From: Candidatus Cloacimonadales bacterium | Lineage (GTDB): Bacteria > Cloacimonadota > Cloacimonadia > Cloacimonadales > JAFGVF01 | Reading direction: 5' to 3' | Assembly (NCBI GenBank): GCA_963663475.2 | Contig: CAXXJV010000001.1 | Coordinates: 2,144,001 to 2,208,000 of the forward strand | Length of the DNA: 64,000 nucleotides | Shown: piece by piece, positions 20,736 to 30,268 of the stretch | Numbering within the stretch: position 1 is the first letter of the stretch | Layout of the letters: every line of letters begins with the position of its first letter | The notes under the pieces: model-generated | Databases searched by the model: none | Told to the model about the DNA's origin: nothing | What the model saw: the letters and a program-made list of their open reading frames with translations, nothing else | Made by a program: the position numbers and the translations under genes

Positions 20736-21986
20736 TTATTCGGCCCAACTATTGGCTAAGTTAACTATAACTTCAACAGCCTTAACCATAGAGGAAACAG
20801 GAATCCATTCTTTTAAGGAGTGATAGAGAAAACCACCAGTAAAAATATTAGGTGTAGGAATACCTAAATAACATAATTTTGCTCCATCTGTTCCACCTCT
20901 AATAGGCCTTCTTAAAGGGTTTATTCCTAAGTCTAACATTACTTTCTCTGCTTTTCCTATAACTTGTGGGTACTTATCTAGAACAGTCTTCATGTTTTGA
21001 TAAGTGTGAGAATGGTCTATTTCAATAGCAAGTCCATCATACTTAACTCTTAAAAATTCAGCGAGTGTCTCAATTAATTCAACTCTTTTCTCATTATTAC
21101 TTTCCAGAAAATCTCTTAAAAGTAGGTCAACTCTTGCTATAGTTTCATCACCTTTTATACTTCTTACATGATAAAAGCCTTCTCTATTTTCTGTATTTTC
21201 AGGACTCTCACAGCTAGGGAGGAGACTAATGAATTCAGCCGCAATTTTACAAGCATTAATCATGATATTTTTAGCCTTGCCTGGATGAACATTATGACCT
21301 TTGAATTGGATTTTAACACTATGGGCATCAAAGCATTCATCCTCTAATTCACCAATTTCTCCACCATCAATAGTATAGGCTATCCGACCTAATTTTAAAC
21401 GGTTTATATTGGCAGTGCCAGCACCAACTTCTTCATCAGGGGTAAAACAGACTCTAATTTCAGGATGCAAAATATCTGGGTTTGATTGTAAGACTCTGAG
21501 GGAAGTCATAATTTCGGCTATACCAGCTTTATCATCAGCTCCCAGTAGGGTATCTCCAGAAGAAGTAATGATATGGTCTCCTATATAATCAAGTAATTTT
21601 GGGCAGTCTGTTGGACTTAGTATAAGATCATCATTATAGGGATAAGCTAAATCTTCTCCTTGATAAGATTTTCTCATTAAGGGCTTAACATTATGTCCTG
21701 ATACAGCAGGACTGGTATCAAGATGTGATAAGAAGGTTATTGGCTCACTTTTAACTCTATCTGATGCAGGAAGAACTGCATAGACAAAGCAATTCTCATC
21801 TACATGAGCATTTAAAAGGCCTAAATCTTCTAGCTCAGTAACAAGAATATTTGCTAAATCCCACTGGCATGTGGTTGTCGGATTAGGACTCCCTTCTTCA
21901 TCTGAAGTAGTATCGATCTGAACATACTTTAAAAATCTACTGACAACATCATCCTGGATATAGTTATATTTGGATAAGTCTATCAT
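20736..21986 (-). CDS. pepT: Peptidase T (M20B tripeptidase)
   Basis: RFLKYVQIDT, HLDT, LLGADDKAG, FTPDEEVG, HPGKAK, IRGGTDGA. Confidence 0.95.
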   Translation of the reverse strand: MIDLSKYNYIQDDVVSRFLKYVQIDTTSDEEGSPNPTTTCQWDLANILVTELEDLGLLNAHVDENCFVYAVLPASDRVKSEPITFLSHLDTSPAVSGHNVKPLMRKSYQGEDLAYPYNDDLILSPTDCPKLLDYIGDHIITSSGDTLLGADDKAGIAEIMTSLRVLQSNPDILHPEIRVCFTPDEEVGAGTANINRLKLGRIAYTIDGGEIGELEDECFDAHSVKIQFKGHNVHPGKAKNIMINACKIAAEFISLLPSCESPENTENREGFYHVRSIKGDETIARVDLLLRDFLESNNEKRVELIETLAEFLRVKYDGLAIEIDHSHTYQNMKTVLDKYPQVIGKAEKVMLDLGINPLRRPIRGGTDGAKLCYLGIPTPNIFTGGFLYHSLKEWIPVSSMVKAVEVIVNLANSWAE

Positions 21987-22009
21987 TCTCTCTCCTTTAT
22001 TTAATTAAC

Positions 22010-22032
22010 AAAAAAGCGGTCCTAAGACCGCT
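22010..22032 (-). terminator. Intrinsic terminator after the lipoprotein gene
   Basis: AGCGGTC-CTAA-GACCGCT with an adjacent A tract (U tract on the minus strand). Confidence 0.75.
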
Positions 22033-22053
22033 AACATTATTTAAAGAAGTAAA

Positions 22054-22611
22054 TTAGTTACCTAATTCTTTCTCTAATTCTTCAAATCTCTGTGAAGCTT
22101 TAAATTCATTATATAAAGCTTCTTCATTTTTTATTGCTGAAAGTGTTTGCTTGTTGATTTCACTTTGAGGAATTCTAACTCTTACAAAAACTTTAATTTT
22201 GTTGTCTTTTTGCTTGATAGTTTCACTTTTATCAATGCTTGTGCCTTTAAATTTAGCATTAGAAACAACTTTAACAACTGAAGAAGTTAAGGCAAGTAAT
22301 TGAGGATCATTAACTCCTGACTCTTCTTCAAAATTCTTTATCATACCTTTAACATTAGCTTCAACATAATTAGCTGCTTGTAGCATCGCATTAGCATAGG
22401 CAGCATCTTTTGCTAGAGAACTAGTCATCTTAACGCCTTCACCATAAGTATAAACAAATTCAGGGTTATCTTGTGAATCCCACCATTCTGGATAATACAT
22501 GATTACGTGTTCAGGGTTTTCTTTCTTAGGACCCTTGTTAGATGAACATGCAACTGACAATATTGCTATTGTTATTAGCATTAATACTACAATACATTTT
22601 GTTAACTTCAT
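22054..22611 (-). CDS. LPP20-like lipoprotein
   Basis: Lipobox LSVAC; PEWW motif; start moved to ATG 22611 after GGAGG. Confidence 0.65.
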   Translation of the reverse strand: MKLTKCIVVLMLITIAILSVACSSNKGPKKENPEHVIMYYPEWWDSQDNPEFVYTYGEGVKMTSSLAKDAAYANAMLQAANYVEANVKGMIKNFEEESGVNDPQLLALTSSVVKVVSNAKFKGTSIDKSETIKQKDNKIKVFVRVRIPQSEINKQTLSAIKNEEALYNEFKASQRFEELEKELGN

Positions 22612-23068
22612 ATTTCCTCCATTCATATTTTAAATATTTACATTACTAAAATAAGTTAGCATAATCAAGGTGTCAAGATAAAAAGAAGATTAATAGAAAA
22701 AACATAGATTATTTGTCATTAAAAGTAATTCGACTTGCTTAAATGCACTTAGCTGAGTTTTGTATAAAAAATAAGTATAGAAGAATAGTATCTTGCAGAC
22801 GTTAAATAAGTTATGTCATTTGATGGACTGTAAGACGATGTATTTCTTGCTTACATAACTCAAATATTTATTTAAAAGGAAATTTTTAAGTTTATCTCTT
22901 TTCTAGATTATTCAATGCTTAAATGTAAGATTAAGTAATGTCCTAAAAGTATTCATATCTTGACTATTGGGACTTCATTAGCTCTAATAGTGATGGATAT
23001 CTAATAAAGGCCTAATAGACGCCCAATAAAGGGGGGATAGACTTTAAACCCAATAATGTAGTTGATCT

Positions 23069-23130
23069 TATGGAGTGGAAGCATCCTTGCTTCCACATTT
23101 TTCTTATGGCAAGGATGCCATAAGTCCATA
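23069..23130. repeat. REPIN-like inverted pair of REP-type hairpins
   Basis: TATGGA-[GTGGAAGCA TCCT TGCTTCCAC]-ATTTTT-[CTTATGGCA AGGA TGCCATAAG]-TCCATA. Confidence 0.7.
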
Positions 23131-23260
23131 GTTTTTATTGAACCCAAAAAAATGTAATAGATCTTTGAAAATAGTAATATCTTCTTTTGCAAAAGGAACT
23201 TACATAATTCTTCCAAATATATATATAATATACGTCAAATTCTGCAAGCTATTTTGCTAA

Positions 23261-23307
23261 AGAATTTGCAATCTTCTCTATAGCTCTACTAGACTATCTG
23301 GGTTAAA
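23261..23307. repeat. Degenerate intergenic repeat, family A copy 3
   Basis: AGAATTTGCAATCTTCTCTATAGCTCTACTAGACTATCTGGGTTAAA aligns with 6730-6777. Confidence 0.55.
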
Positions 23308-23443
23308 CATAATTCTCTTATTACCTAGGCTATGCTTGATTAGGGCAAATGATGGCAATCTAGTGTTTTTAGTATATTATTCTTGACTTAAAATAGCTGA
23401 ATCGAAATATTAGTAAATAATACAATAATAAGAAGGGAATATC

Positions 23444-23791
23444 ATGAAATTGAAAGATATCTTAGAGTTATTAGAAGGTGAATTGTTAACACCAGATGCT
23501 GATATAGAGGTTGATATACCTTGTGCTTTTGGGTCTGATTTAATTTCAGACATCTTGATGTGTACCAAAGAATCAACACTGTTATTAACAGGATTAACTA
23601 ACCCGCAAGTTATTAGATTATCCGATATGATTGATTTGTTAGGCGTCGTTTTTGTTAGAGGTAAGAGACCACCTCAAGATCTTATTGATATGGCTATCGA
23701 AAGAGAACTACCATTGATAACAACTAAAATGACCATGTACAAATCTGCTGGACTTCTCTATAATAAAGATTTAAGAAGTTGTCAGATTTAA
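23444..23791 (+). CDS. DRTGG-domain protein
   Basis: GSDLISDIL, LLLTGLTNPQVIR, VVFVRGK. Confidence 0.85.
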   Translation: MKLKDILELLEGELLTPDADIEVDIPCAFGSDLISDILMCTKESTLLLTGLTNPQVIRLSDMIDLLGVVFVRGKRPPQDLIDMAIERELPLITTKMTMYKSAGLLYNKDLRSCQI

Positions 23792-23792
23792 T

Positions 23793-24284
23793 ATGGCAGA
23801 ATATTGGAACATTAATGAAAACTTTAAAGAGAGAGCTGAAGCTTTTTTAAAAGACAAACCACAACCAGCTATCTCTTTAGAGTATAAGGTAACTAAGCAC
23901 GACTTTAATAATGCGGGGAATGGTTCGGCAGAACTGAAAAGAATGCTAAAAAAATTAGGTGTGGATCCTGTAGTTTTAAGAAAAGTTGCAGTTGCATCTT
24001 ACGAAGCAGAGATAAATTTAGCTGCTCATTCAGATGGCGGAGTAATGAAAAGTCATGTGCATGGGGATTTAGTACATATAGTATTTGAAGACGTTGGACC
24101 AGGAATTGAAGATATTAACAAAGCTCTAGAAGAAGGATTCTCTACCGCTGTTGAGTATGTAAGAGAAATGGGTTTTGGGGCAGGATTAGGCTTGCCTAAT
24201 ATAAAAAAGAATTCAGATGTAATGCATTTAGATTCAGTAAGAGGAAGAAATACTATATTAGAGATTATAACATATTTTAAATAA
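23793..24284 (+). CDS. Anti-sigma-factor-like HATPase_c (putative Ser/Thr kinase)
   Basis: DFNNAGNGS, N-box YEAEIN, G1 EDVGPGI, G2 GFGAGLGLPNIK. Confidence 0.85.
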   Translation: MAEYWNINENFKERAEAFLKDKPQPAISLEYKVTKHDFNNAGNGSAELKRMLKKLGVDPVVLRKVAVASYEAEINLAAHSDGGVMKSHVHGDLVHIVFEDVGPGIEDINKALEEGFSTAVEYVREMGFGAGLGLPNIKKNSDVMHLDSVRGRNTILEIITYFK

Positions 24285-24297
24285 ATTGCAGGAATAT

Positions 24298-25584
24298 ATG
24301 TATCAGGAAAACGAATATTTTCATGCTTTGAGAATAAATCAGGATAATTGTACGGGTTGTACAGCTTGCGTAAAAGTCTGTCCTACCGAAGCAATTAGAA
24401 TTAGGAATAAAACAGTAATTTTAGACGAAAGAAGATGTATCGACTGTGGTAATTGCATTGAAGCATGTTCATTTAAAGCTATTGTTCCTTATTCAGATGA
24501 TTTTGATATAATAGACAAATATAAATATAGAATAGCTGTATTTTCAACAGTTTATGCAGGGCAATTTACTGAAGAAAATGACTATGCAACTATCAAAAAA
24601 ACGGTTTTAAAGCTAGGTTTTGATGAAGTCGCAGAAGAATCAAGTGTTGTTGATTTTATGACTGAGATGATTCAGAAGTATATTCGTGATAATGAAGATA
24701 TCAGACCAGTTTTATCCAGTGGCTGCCCAGCAATTGTAAGATTGATTCAAGTTAGATTCCCATCCTTACTACCTAATCTTTTCCATATTGAAGCCCCTAT
24801 GAGTATTCTTTCTTATTACTTAAGAGAGCAAGCTAAAGAAAAATTTCAGTATACAGATGATGAAATTGGCGTATTTTTGATAGTTCCCTGTGTTTCGCAA
24901 GTAACTGCTGTTCACCAGCCTGAGGGAACTTACAAATCTTATCAAGATGGAGCTTTTTCGATTAGACAGATTTATAGTAAAGCTCAAGAGGTAGTTAAAG
25001 AAGCTTGGTATGATGAAGAGCCAATCGATACTTATGAAAGTGGATTAACATATGGAATTGCTGCTAAAGAAGCTGATAAAATAGATTCTGATGATATCAG
25101 AGTTTTATCCGTTACTGGAATTGATAACTGTATTGAAATTCTCTCCCGTATAGAAGACCATCATTTTGACCAGTATCAATACGTCGTCCTACGTTCTTGT
25201 GATGTAGGTTGTGTCGGTGGGGGATTGAATGTTGAAAATAAATTCATTGCTATGAGTAGGTTGAAGAAACTTGCTCAAAAAGAAAATGATGATAAGCTTG
25301 ATTATAAAGAATTTTGGACCTTGAATAAAAAAGGTAAATTTGCTGTGCCAAAGCTTAAACCTCGTTCTATTATGGAGCTAGATGATAACTTATTTGCAGC
25401 ATTAGAAAAGATTCAAAAAATCCAAGAGATAACAAAGCAACTTCCTGGCATAAATTGTAGTGCCTGTGGTTGTCCTACTTGTTATGCACTTGCAGAAGAT
25501 ATTGTTCAAGGTAAAGCAACAATTAAAGATTGTGTAATACTCTATAAGAGAAATCTCGATAAAACAGAAAAGAAAGGAAAATAA
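24298..25584 (+). CDS. [FeFe]-hydrogenase large-subunit-like Fe-S protein (group D-like, probably non-catalytic)
   Basis: N-terminal 2x[4Fe-4S]; degenerate H-cluster motifs SSGCP, VPCVSQ, RSCDVGCVGG; C-terminal FeS domain PGINCSACGCPTC..C. ATG 24298 follows AGGA; the ORF track uses TTG 24286. Confidence 0.85.
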   Translation: MYQENEYFHALRINQDNCTGCTACVKVCPTEAIRIRNKTVILDERRCIDCGNCIEACSFKAIVPYSDDFDIIDKYKYRIAVFSTVYAGQFTEENDYATIKKTVLKLGFDEVAEESSVVDFMTEMIQKYIRDNEDIRPVLSSGCPAIVRLIQVRFPSLLPNLFHIEAPMSILSYYLREQAKEKFQYTDDEIGVFLIVPCVSQVTAVHQPEGTYKSYQDGAFSIRQIYSKAQEVVKEAWYDEEPIDTYESGLTYGIAAKEADKIDSDDIRVLSVTGIDNCIEILSRIEDHHFDQYQYVVLRSCDVGCVGGGLNVENKFIAMSRLKKLAQKENDDKLDYKEFWTLNKKGKFAVPKLKPRSIMELDDNLFAALEKIQKIQEITKQLPGINCSACGCPTCYALAEDIVQGKATIKDCVILYKRNLDKTEKKGK

Positions 25585-25585
25585 A

Positions 25586-25930
25586 ATGATAAAATTACAA
25601 GAATATCTAGAGAAAATTGACCATCAAGTATTAAACCCAGAATTACCATTAGATAAAGTTGAACTATCTACTGGTTATGTTTCAGATTTGTTATCAGATG
25701 TTATGGGATCAGCAAAAGATAATATGGCTTGGTTCACGATAATGCGTCATATGAACGTAATTGCTGTAGCTTCCATGGCCGATATACCATGTATTATCTT
25801 TGGAAAGAATACGCCACCCGAACAAGCTGTTATTGATAAAGCAACAGAAGAAGGCATAGTACTGATTAAAACATCTTTACCTGTTTTTGATGCTGCTGGA
25901 GTACTTTATAAGCTTTTACACCAGGATTAA
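25586..25930 (+). CDS. DRTGG-domain protein
   Basis: GYVSDLLSDVM, WFTIMRHMNVIAVAS. Confidence 0.85.
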   Translation: MIKLQEYLEKIDHQVLNPELPLDKVELSTGYVSDLLSDVMGSAKDNMAWFTIMRHMNVIAVASMADIPCIIFGKNTPPEQAVIDKATEEGIVLIKTSLPVFDAAGVLYKLLHQD

Positions 25931-26673
25931 TGCTAAAAAAGTATAAAATTGATCTTCATAACCATACAGTTTTATCTCCGTGTGGGGGCTTAGAAATGTC
26001 CCCTACAGCTCTTTTAGAAAGAGCTAAGGAGTTGGGACTTGATATGATAGCCATAACAGATCATAATAGCTGTAAGAATTGCAAAGCTTATTATGAGTTA
26101 GGCAAGGATTATCAAATAAGTGTAATTCCAGGAGTCGAAATCCAGACTATGGAAGAGATTCATGTTATTGCTTTGTTTCCTGATATTGAAACAGCTGAAA
26201 CTTTCGATAAAATATTATACCAAGCTCTACTTCCTATTGAAAATAATCCAGATTATTTTGGAGATCAAGTCATAGTCGATAAAGATGAAAACATTATTGG
26301 TTTGGAAGAAAGAGCCTTGATAAACTCAGTGATTTGGGATTTTGAAACTACTGTGAATAAGGTTAAAGAGTTTGATTCCATTTGCTTTCCTGCTCATATC
26401 GATGCCCAGGCCAACTCAGTTATCTCTCAGCTAGGTTTCTTGCCTGCAGGTTTGCCTATTGATGGTGTTGGAATCACTGCTAGGTGCGATATAAAGAACT
26501 TTCTAGCCAACAATTCTTACTTAGATGGGATTACTCTTATTAGAAATTCAGATGCCCATTACCTTAATGATATGGGTTCTGGGTCGTGTTTCGCAAGACT
26601 TGAGGATGTTACCTACGCAGAACTAAAACTTGCCTTTGCTAAGCAAGCTAATAGAGAGATTATTCCTGCCTAA
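25930..26673 (+). CDS. PHP-domain phosphoesterase
   Basis: DLHNHTVLSPC, AITDHN, PGVEI..EEIH, PAHID, NSDAH. Confidence 0.9.
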   Translation: MLKKYKIDLHNHTVLSPCGGLEMSPTALLERAKELGLDMIAITDHNSCKNCKAYYELGKDYQISVIPGVEIQTMEEIHVIALFPDIETAETFDKILYQALLPIENNPDYFGDQVIVDKDENIIGLEERALINSVIWDFETTVNKVKEFDSICFPAHIDAQANSVISQLGFLPAGLPIDGVGITARCDIKNFLANNSYLDGITLIRNSDAHYLNDMGSGSCFARLEDVTYAELKLAFAKQANREIIPA

Positions 26674-26675
26674 AA

Positions 26676-27569
26676 TTACTGATATTTTTTAAATCTTCTT
26701 GATTCTCTTTCTAAGTGAGATTTAAACTTATAGGGAAGACTTAAATTAAATTCTAAGATATTATCTCTAAATGGATGTCTAAAAGATAGATAAGAAGCTG
26801 TTAGAAAAAGACCTTTACCTCTTAATACTAAGTCTGGATTACCATACAATTTATCTCCCAGAATTTGATGGCCAATTGACGCAAAATGCTTCCTAATTTG
26901 ATGAGTTCTTCCTGTATGTAAGCTAATTTCCACAAGACTAAGCTGGCCTGCTTTGAGAGAATTATAATAATTCAAGACTCTATACTCTGTCAGAGCATGT
27001 GTTTTACCGATTGGACTATTAATAACACCTCTTTCAGGTAAATGTCCGATGGCTATAGCAGTATATTTTTTTACCACTTTCCTATCTTGAAATAGTTTAG
27101 AAAGCTCAATTAAAGAATGAGAAGTCTTAGCAATAAGAAGAAGACCTGAAGTTTGATTATCTAATCTATGAACTGGTCTCAACTTCTTCAAACCATCACT
27201 TGTAAGATTTGGCTTAATATTGCTTAATAGCATGTTTTCAATTGTTTTGAATTTATTTCCACTTACATCAACTCCAGCTGGCTTATTTATAACAGCAAGT
27301 GAATCATCTTCATAAATTATCTCTAAATTCCTTTTGTAAGACTTATAAGTAATATTTTCATCTTCAATAAGACTGATTACATCTCCATTACTTACATAGT
27401 CTGCAGTATATGCTCTTGCCTGGTTAAGTAATACATTACCTCGCTTGATAGCTTTAACTAAGGCTTTTCTACTATGAATAAAATCAAACTTACTAAAGTG
27501 GATATCACTCAATCTTTGAGACCCATCTAAATCATTTATTATTATCTCTTCTATTATCTTCATAAACAT
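26676..27569 (-). CDS. RluA/RluD-family pseudouridine synthase
   Basis: S4-like N-terminus, INKPAG, VHRLDNQTSG, TGRTHQIR, GDKLYG. Confidence 0.92.
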   Translation of the reverse strand: MFMKIIEEIIINDLDGSQRLSDIHFSKFDFIHSRKALVKAIKRGNVLLNQARAYTADYVSNGDVISLIEDENITYKSYKRNLEIIYEDDSLAVINKPAGVDVSGNKFKTIENMLLSNIKPNLTSDGLKKLRPVHRLDNQTSGLLLIAKTSHSLIELSKLFQDRKVVKKYTAIAIGHLPERGVINSPIGKTHALTEYRVLNYYNSLKAGQLSLVEISLHTGRTHQIRKHFASIGHQILGDKLYGNPDLVLRGKGLFLTASYLSFRHPFRDNILEFNLSLPYKFKSHLERESRRFKKYQ

Positions 27570-27690
27570 ACCTATAAAATATTTTTATGTCTGACAGAAT
27601 TAGCAGACATTATTTCTTTATTGACTTATTTTAAGTATTCCTAAATTATGGCAAGATAAATAATAATAAAAAAAAAGTAGGTAAAAAATT

Positions 27691-28890
27691 ATGGATTATA
27701 GCCAAATCTTTTCTCAAAGCACGAGAAATCAAGGTTCGTCAATGATCAGAGAGTTAGTTGCTTCAACAAGAGGAATTGAAGGTTTAATTTCCTTTGCTGG
27801 TGGTTTCCCTTCTCCTAAAACTTTCCCTTGCCAAGAATTAAGTGATTTATATGCTCAAGTTGTTAAAAATGAAGGTTGTGAAGTTCTTCAATATGGGGCT
27901 TCAGAAGGTGACCCTATCTTTAAACAAGCTTTAATAAACTATGAAGCAAAAGCTAATTTAAAACAATCAGAGATTATTACAAGTGTTGGATCAACAAATG
28001 CAATTTATGCTTATGCAAAATGTTTTATTGACCAAGGTGATTATGTTATCTGTGAAGCTCCTAGTTTTCTGGGAACTGTTGTTGCTTTTGAAGCTTTAGG
28101 AGCTAATTTACATGGTGTTGAAGTTGAAGATGATGGAATGAATATGGAACAATTAGAGTTGGATATTCAGAAACTTATAGCAGAAAATAAAAAGATAAAA
28201 TTTATTTATACAATCCCTGAATTTCAAAACCCAACTGGTGTAACTATGTCTAGGGAAAAAAGAGATAAACTAATTGAACTTGCTCTTTTATATGATATCC
28301 CAATCTTAGAAGATAATCCTTATGGTGAACTTCGCTATACTGGTAACAAGATTGATTCAATCTTTGAAATTGCCAGAATGCAAGGAAAGAATATAGTTAC
28401 TTCAGTTAAATCATTCTCCAAAGTTTTAGGACCAGGAATGCGTTCAGCATATATGATGGGAGATGAAATTATTATTGCTAAAGTTGCCCTTTGGCTACAA
28501 AAAATCATAGTTAGTAGTGATTGTGTTACTCAAAGAGTAGTTGCTAGATTACTTGAAAAAGGTATGTTAGCAAAGCAAATTCAAAAGATTTCTGATATTT
28601 ACCAACCTAGTCTTGAGGCAATGTTGAATGCACTTGAAAAGCATATGCCAAAAAGCCTAAAATGGACAAAACCTGAAGGTGGTATGTTTATTTGGATTAC
28701 TCTCCCAGAAGGAATGAGTGGTGATCAATTATTTGAAGATGCGAAAGCTGAAAAAGTATGCTTCATTCCTGGATCTAAATTCTATCCTAAAGGACAAGAG
28801 AAGTATAACGCAATAAGATTAAACTTCACCTTTGCTGACCCTGATACTATCGAAGAAGGTGTCAAAAGATTAGCTAAACTCTTTAAGTAA
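27691..28890 (+). CDS. PLP-dependent class I aminotransferase (LysN/2-aminoadipate transaminase-like)
   Basis: ISFAGGFP, LQYG, IPEFQNPTG, EDNPY, SFSKVLGPGMR, PEGGMFIW, RLNF. Confidence 0.9.
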   Translation: MDYSQIFSQSTRNQGSSMIRELVASTRGIEGLISFAGGFPSPKTFPCQELSDLYAQVVKNEGCEVLQYGASEGDPIFKQALINYEAKANLKQSEIITSVGSTNAIYAYAKCFIDQGDYVICEAPSFLGTVVAFEALGANLHGVEVEDDGMNMEQLELDIQKLIAENKKIKFIYTIPEFQNPTGVTMSREKRDKLIELALLYDIPILEDNPYGELRYTGNKIDSIFEIARMQGKNIVTSVKSFSKVLGPGMRSAYMMGDEIIIAKVALWLQKIIVSSDCVTQRVVARLLEKGMLAKQIQKISDIYQPSLEAMLNALEKHMPKSLKWTKPEGGMFIWITLPEGMSGDQLFEDAKAEKVCFIPGSKFYPKGQEKYNAIRLNFTFADPDTIEEGVKRLAKLFK

Positions 28891-28972
28891 GTATAAACTT
28901 ACTAGTTAATATTTAAATTATATAATAAAGCCCCGTCAAGGGGCTATCTTTATGGAAGGAAATGAGGTGCTT

Positions 28973-29494
28973 ATGAAGATTTCTATTAGAGGGGTGTCAT
29001 GTTCAGGTAAAACAACTTTAGCCAAAAGGTTATCTAAAGAACTAAATATTAAACATATAGAATTAGATGAATGCTACTGGCTACCTAACTGGCAAAATAG
29101 AGAACTTAATGAATTTCTGCAAGTTGTAGAGAAAAAACTAAAAGCTGAATCTTGGGTAATGGATGGTAACTATAGCAAAGTATATAAAGGTTTAAAAGTA
29201 GATTATGATTATCAAGTGTGGTTAGATTATTCTTTTACTAAGATTTTTTATAGATATTGCAAAAGAACTTTTGATAGGGTAGTTTTTAAAAGAAGAGTAT
29301 GCAATGGTAACATAGAAAATTATAAGTCATTGTTTTCTGCTGATAGTTTATTACTTTGGATATTAAAAACTTACTGGAAAAGAAAGTCAGAACTAAAAAT
29401 TTTACAAGCGAATGGTGATAAAAAGTTAATCGTAATAAAAAAAGAAGATGATATTGTCAGAATGATAGAAAATTTAAAAAAGCGAATGAGGTAA
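28973..29494 (+). CDS. P-loop kinase (adenylate kinase-like / topology modulation protein family)
   Basis: GVSCSGKTTLA, LDECYWLPNW, WVMDGNY. Start taken at ATG 28973 after GAGG. Confidence 0.8.
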   Translation: MKISIRGVSCSGKTTLAKRLSKELNIKHIELDECYWLPNWQNRELNEFLQVVEKKLKAESWVMDGNYSKVYKGLKVDYDYQVWLDYSFTKIFYRYCKRTFDRVVFKRRVCNGNIENYKSLFSADSLLLWILKTYWKRKSELKILQANGDKKLIVIKKEDDIVRMIENLKKRMR

Positions 29495-29500
29495 GCTATC

Positions 29501-30268
29501 TTATCTCATTCTTTTAATTATTTCAAAATTAGTTGTATATCGTAAATATTGATTAGGATTAGGTGAGGATGTAAAAGGCATGTGACAAGGTCTATAAACC
29601 ATCTTACTTTCCTCGAGGGACTTAGCTGTTAAGTGTAACTCCTTAACTCGGCAATGATTGAGTAATTCATCTTTATTATCAGGATTCACTCCCGACCCAG
29701 CCATGATTGATATCCTACCCTTTGATAAGTTTACTAAGTCTCTTATGAGATTCTTTCCCTTAATTGCTGTAGGCTCATGTCCTGAAGTAAGAATCCTATC
29801 AGCACCACTAAATATTATATCTTCAAGTGCCTGAATGGGGTCTTTGGTAAAATCAAAAGCCCGATGAAAAGTTACTTGCATAGGTCTAGCTAATTGCACA
29901 AGTTGAGAAGTTCTGTCTATATCAATATAACCATTTCTTGTAAGAATACCAAATACTACACAATTAGCAGCTAATTCTTTAGCCATGATTATATCTTCTT
30001 TCATAACCAAGAAATCTTCATCAGAATAGCAAAAATCTCCACCTCTTGGTCTAATCATGATGGATAAATCTAGTGAAATATTAGATCTTACAGATTTGAT
30101 AAGTCCATATGAAGGTGTAATCCCTCCTTCTAGTAGATCTGAACATAACTCAAGCCTATCCGCTCCAGCACTTTGAGCAATAATAGCTGATTTTAGAGAA
30201 TCAACACATATTTCTAAAGTAAAGCTTTTCTCAGAGCTTGGACTAGGATTTGAAATCTCATCCTTCAT
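29501..30268 (-). CDS. cutC: Copper homeostasis protein CutC family
   Basis: LEICVDS, RLELC..EGGITPS, MIRPRGGDF, TFHRAFD, RILTSG. Confidence 0.92.
   Translation of the reverse strand: MKDEISNPSPSSEKSFTLEICVDSLKSAIIAQSAGADRLELCSDLLEGGITPSYGLIKSVRSNISLDLSIMIRPRGGDFCYSDEDFLVMKEDIIMAKELAANCVVFGILTRNGYIDIDRTSQLVQLARPMQVTFHRAFDFTKDPIQALEDIIFSGADRILTSGHEPTAIKGKNLIRDLVNLSKGRISIMAGSGVNPDNKDELLNHCRVKELHLTAKSLEESKMVYRPCHMPFTSSPNPNQYLRYTTNFEIIKRMR

Noticed and set aside
23001-23216. 71-aa minus-strand ORF in the large intergenic region
   Set aside because: It runs across the REP-like doublet and has no recognisable domain or clear RBS; probably spurious.
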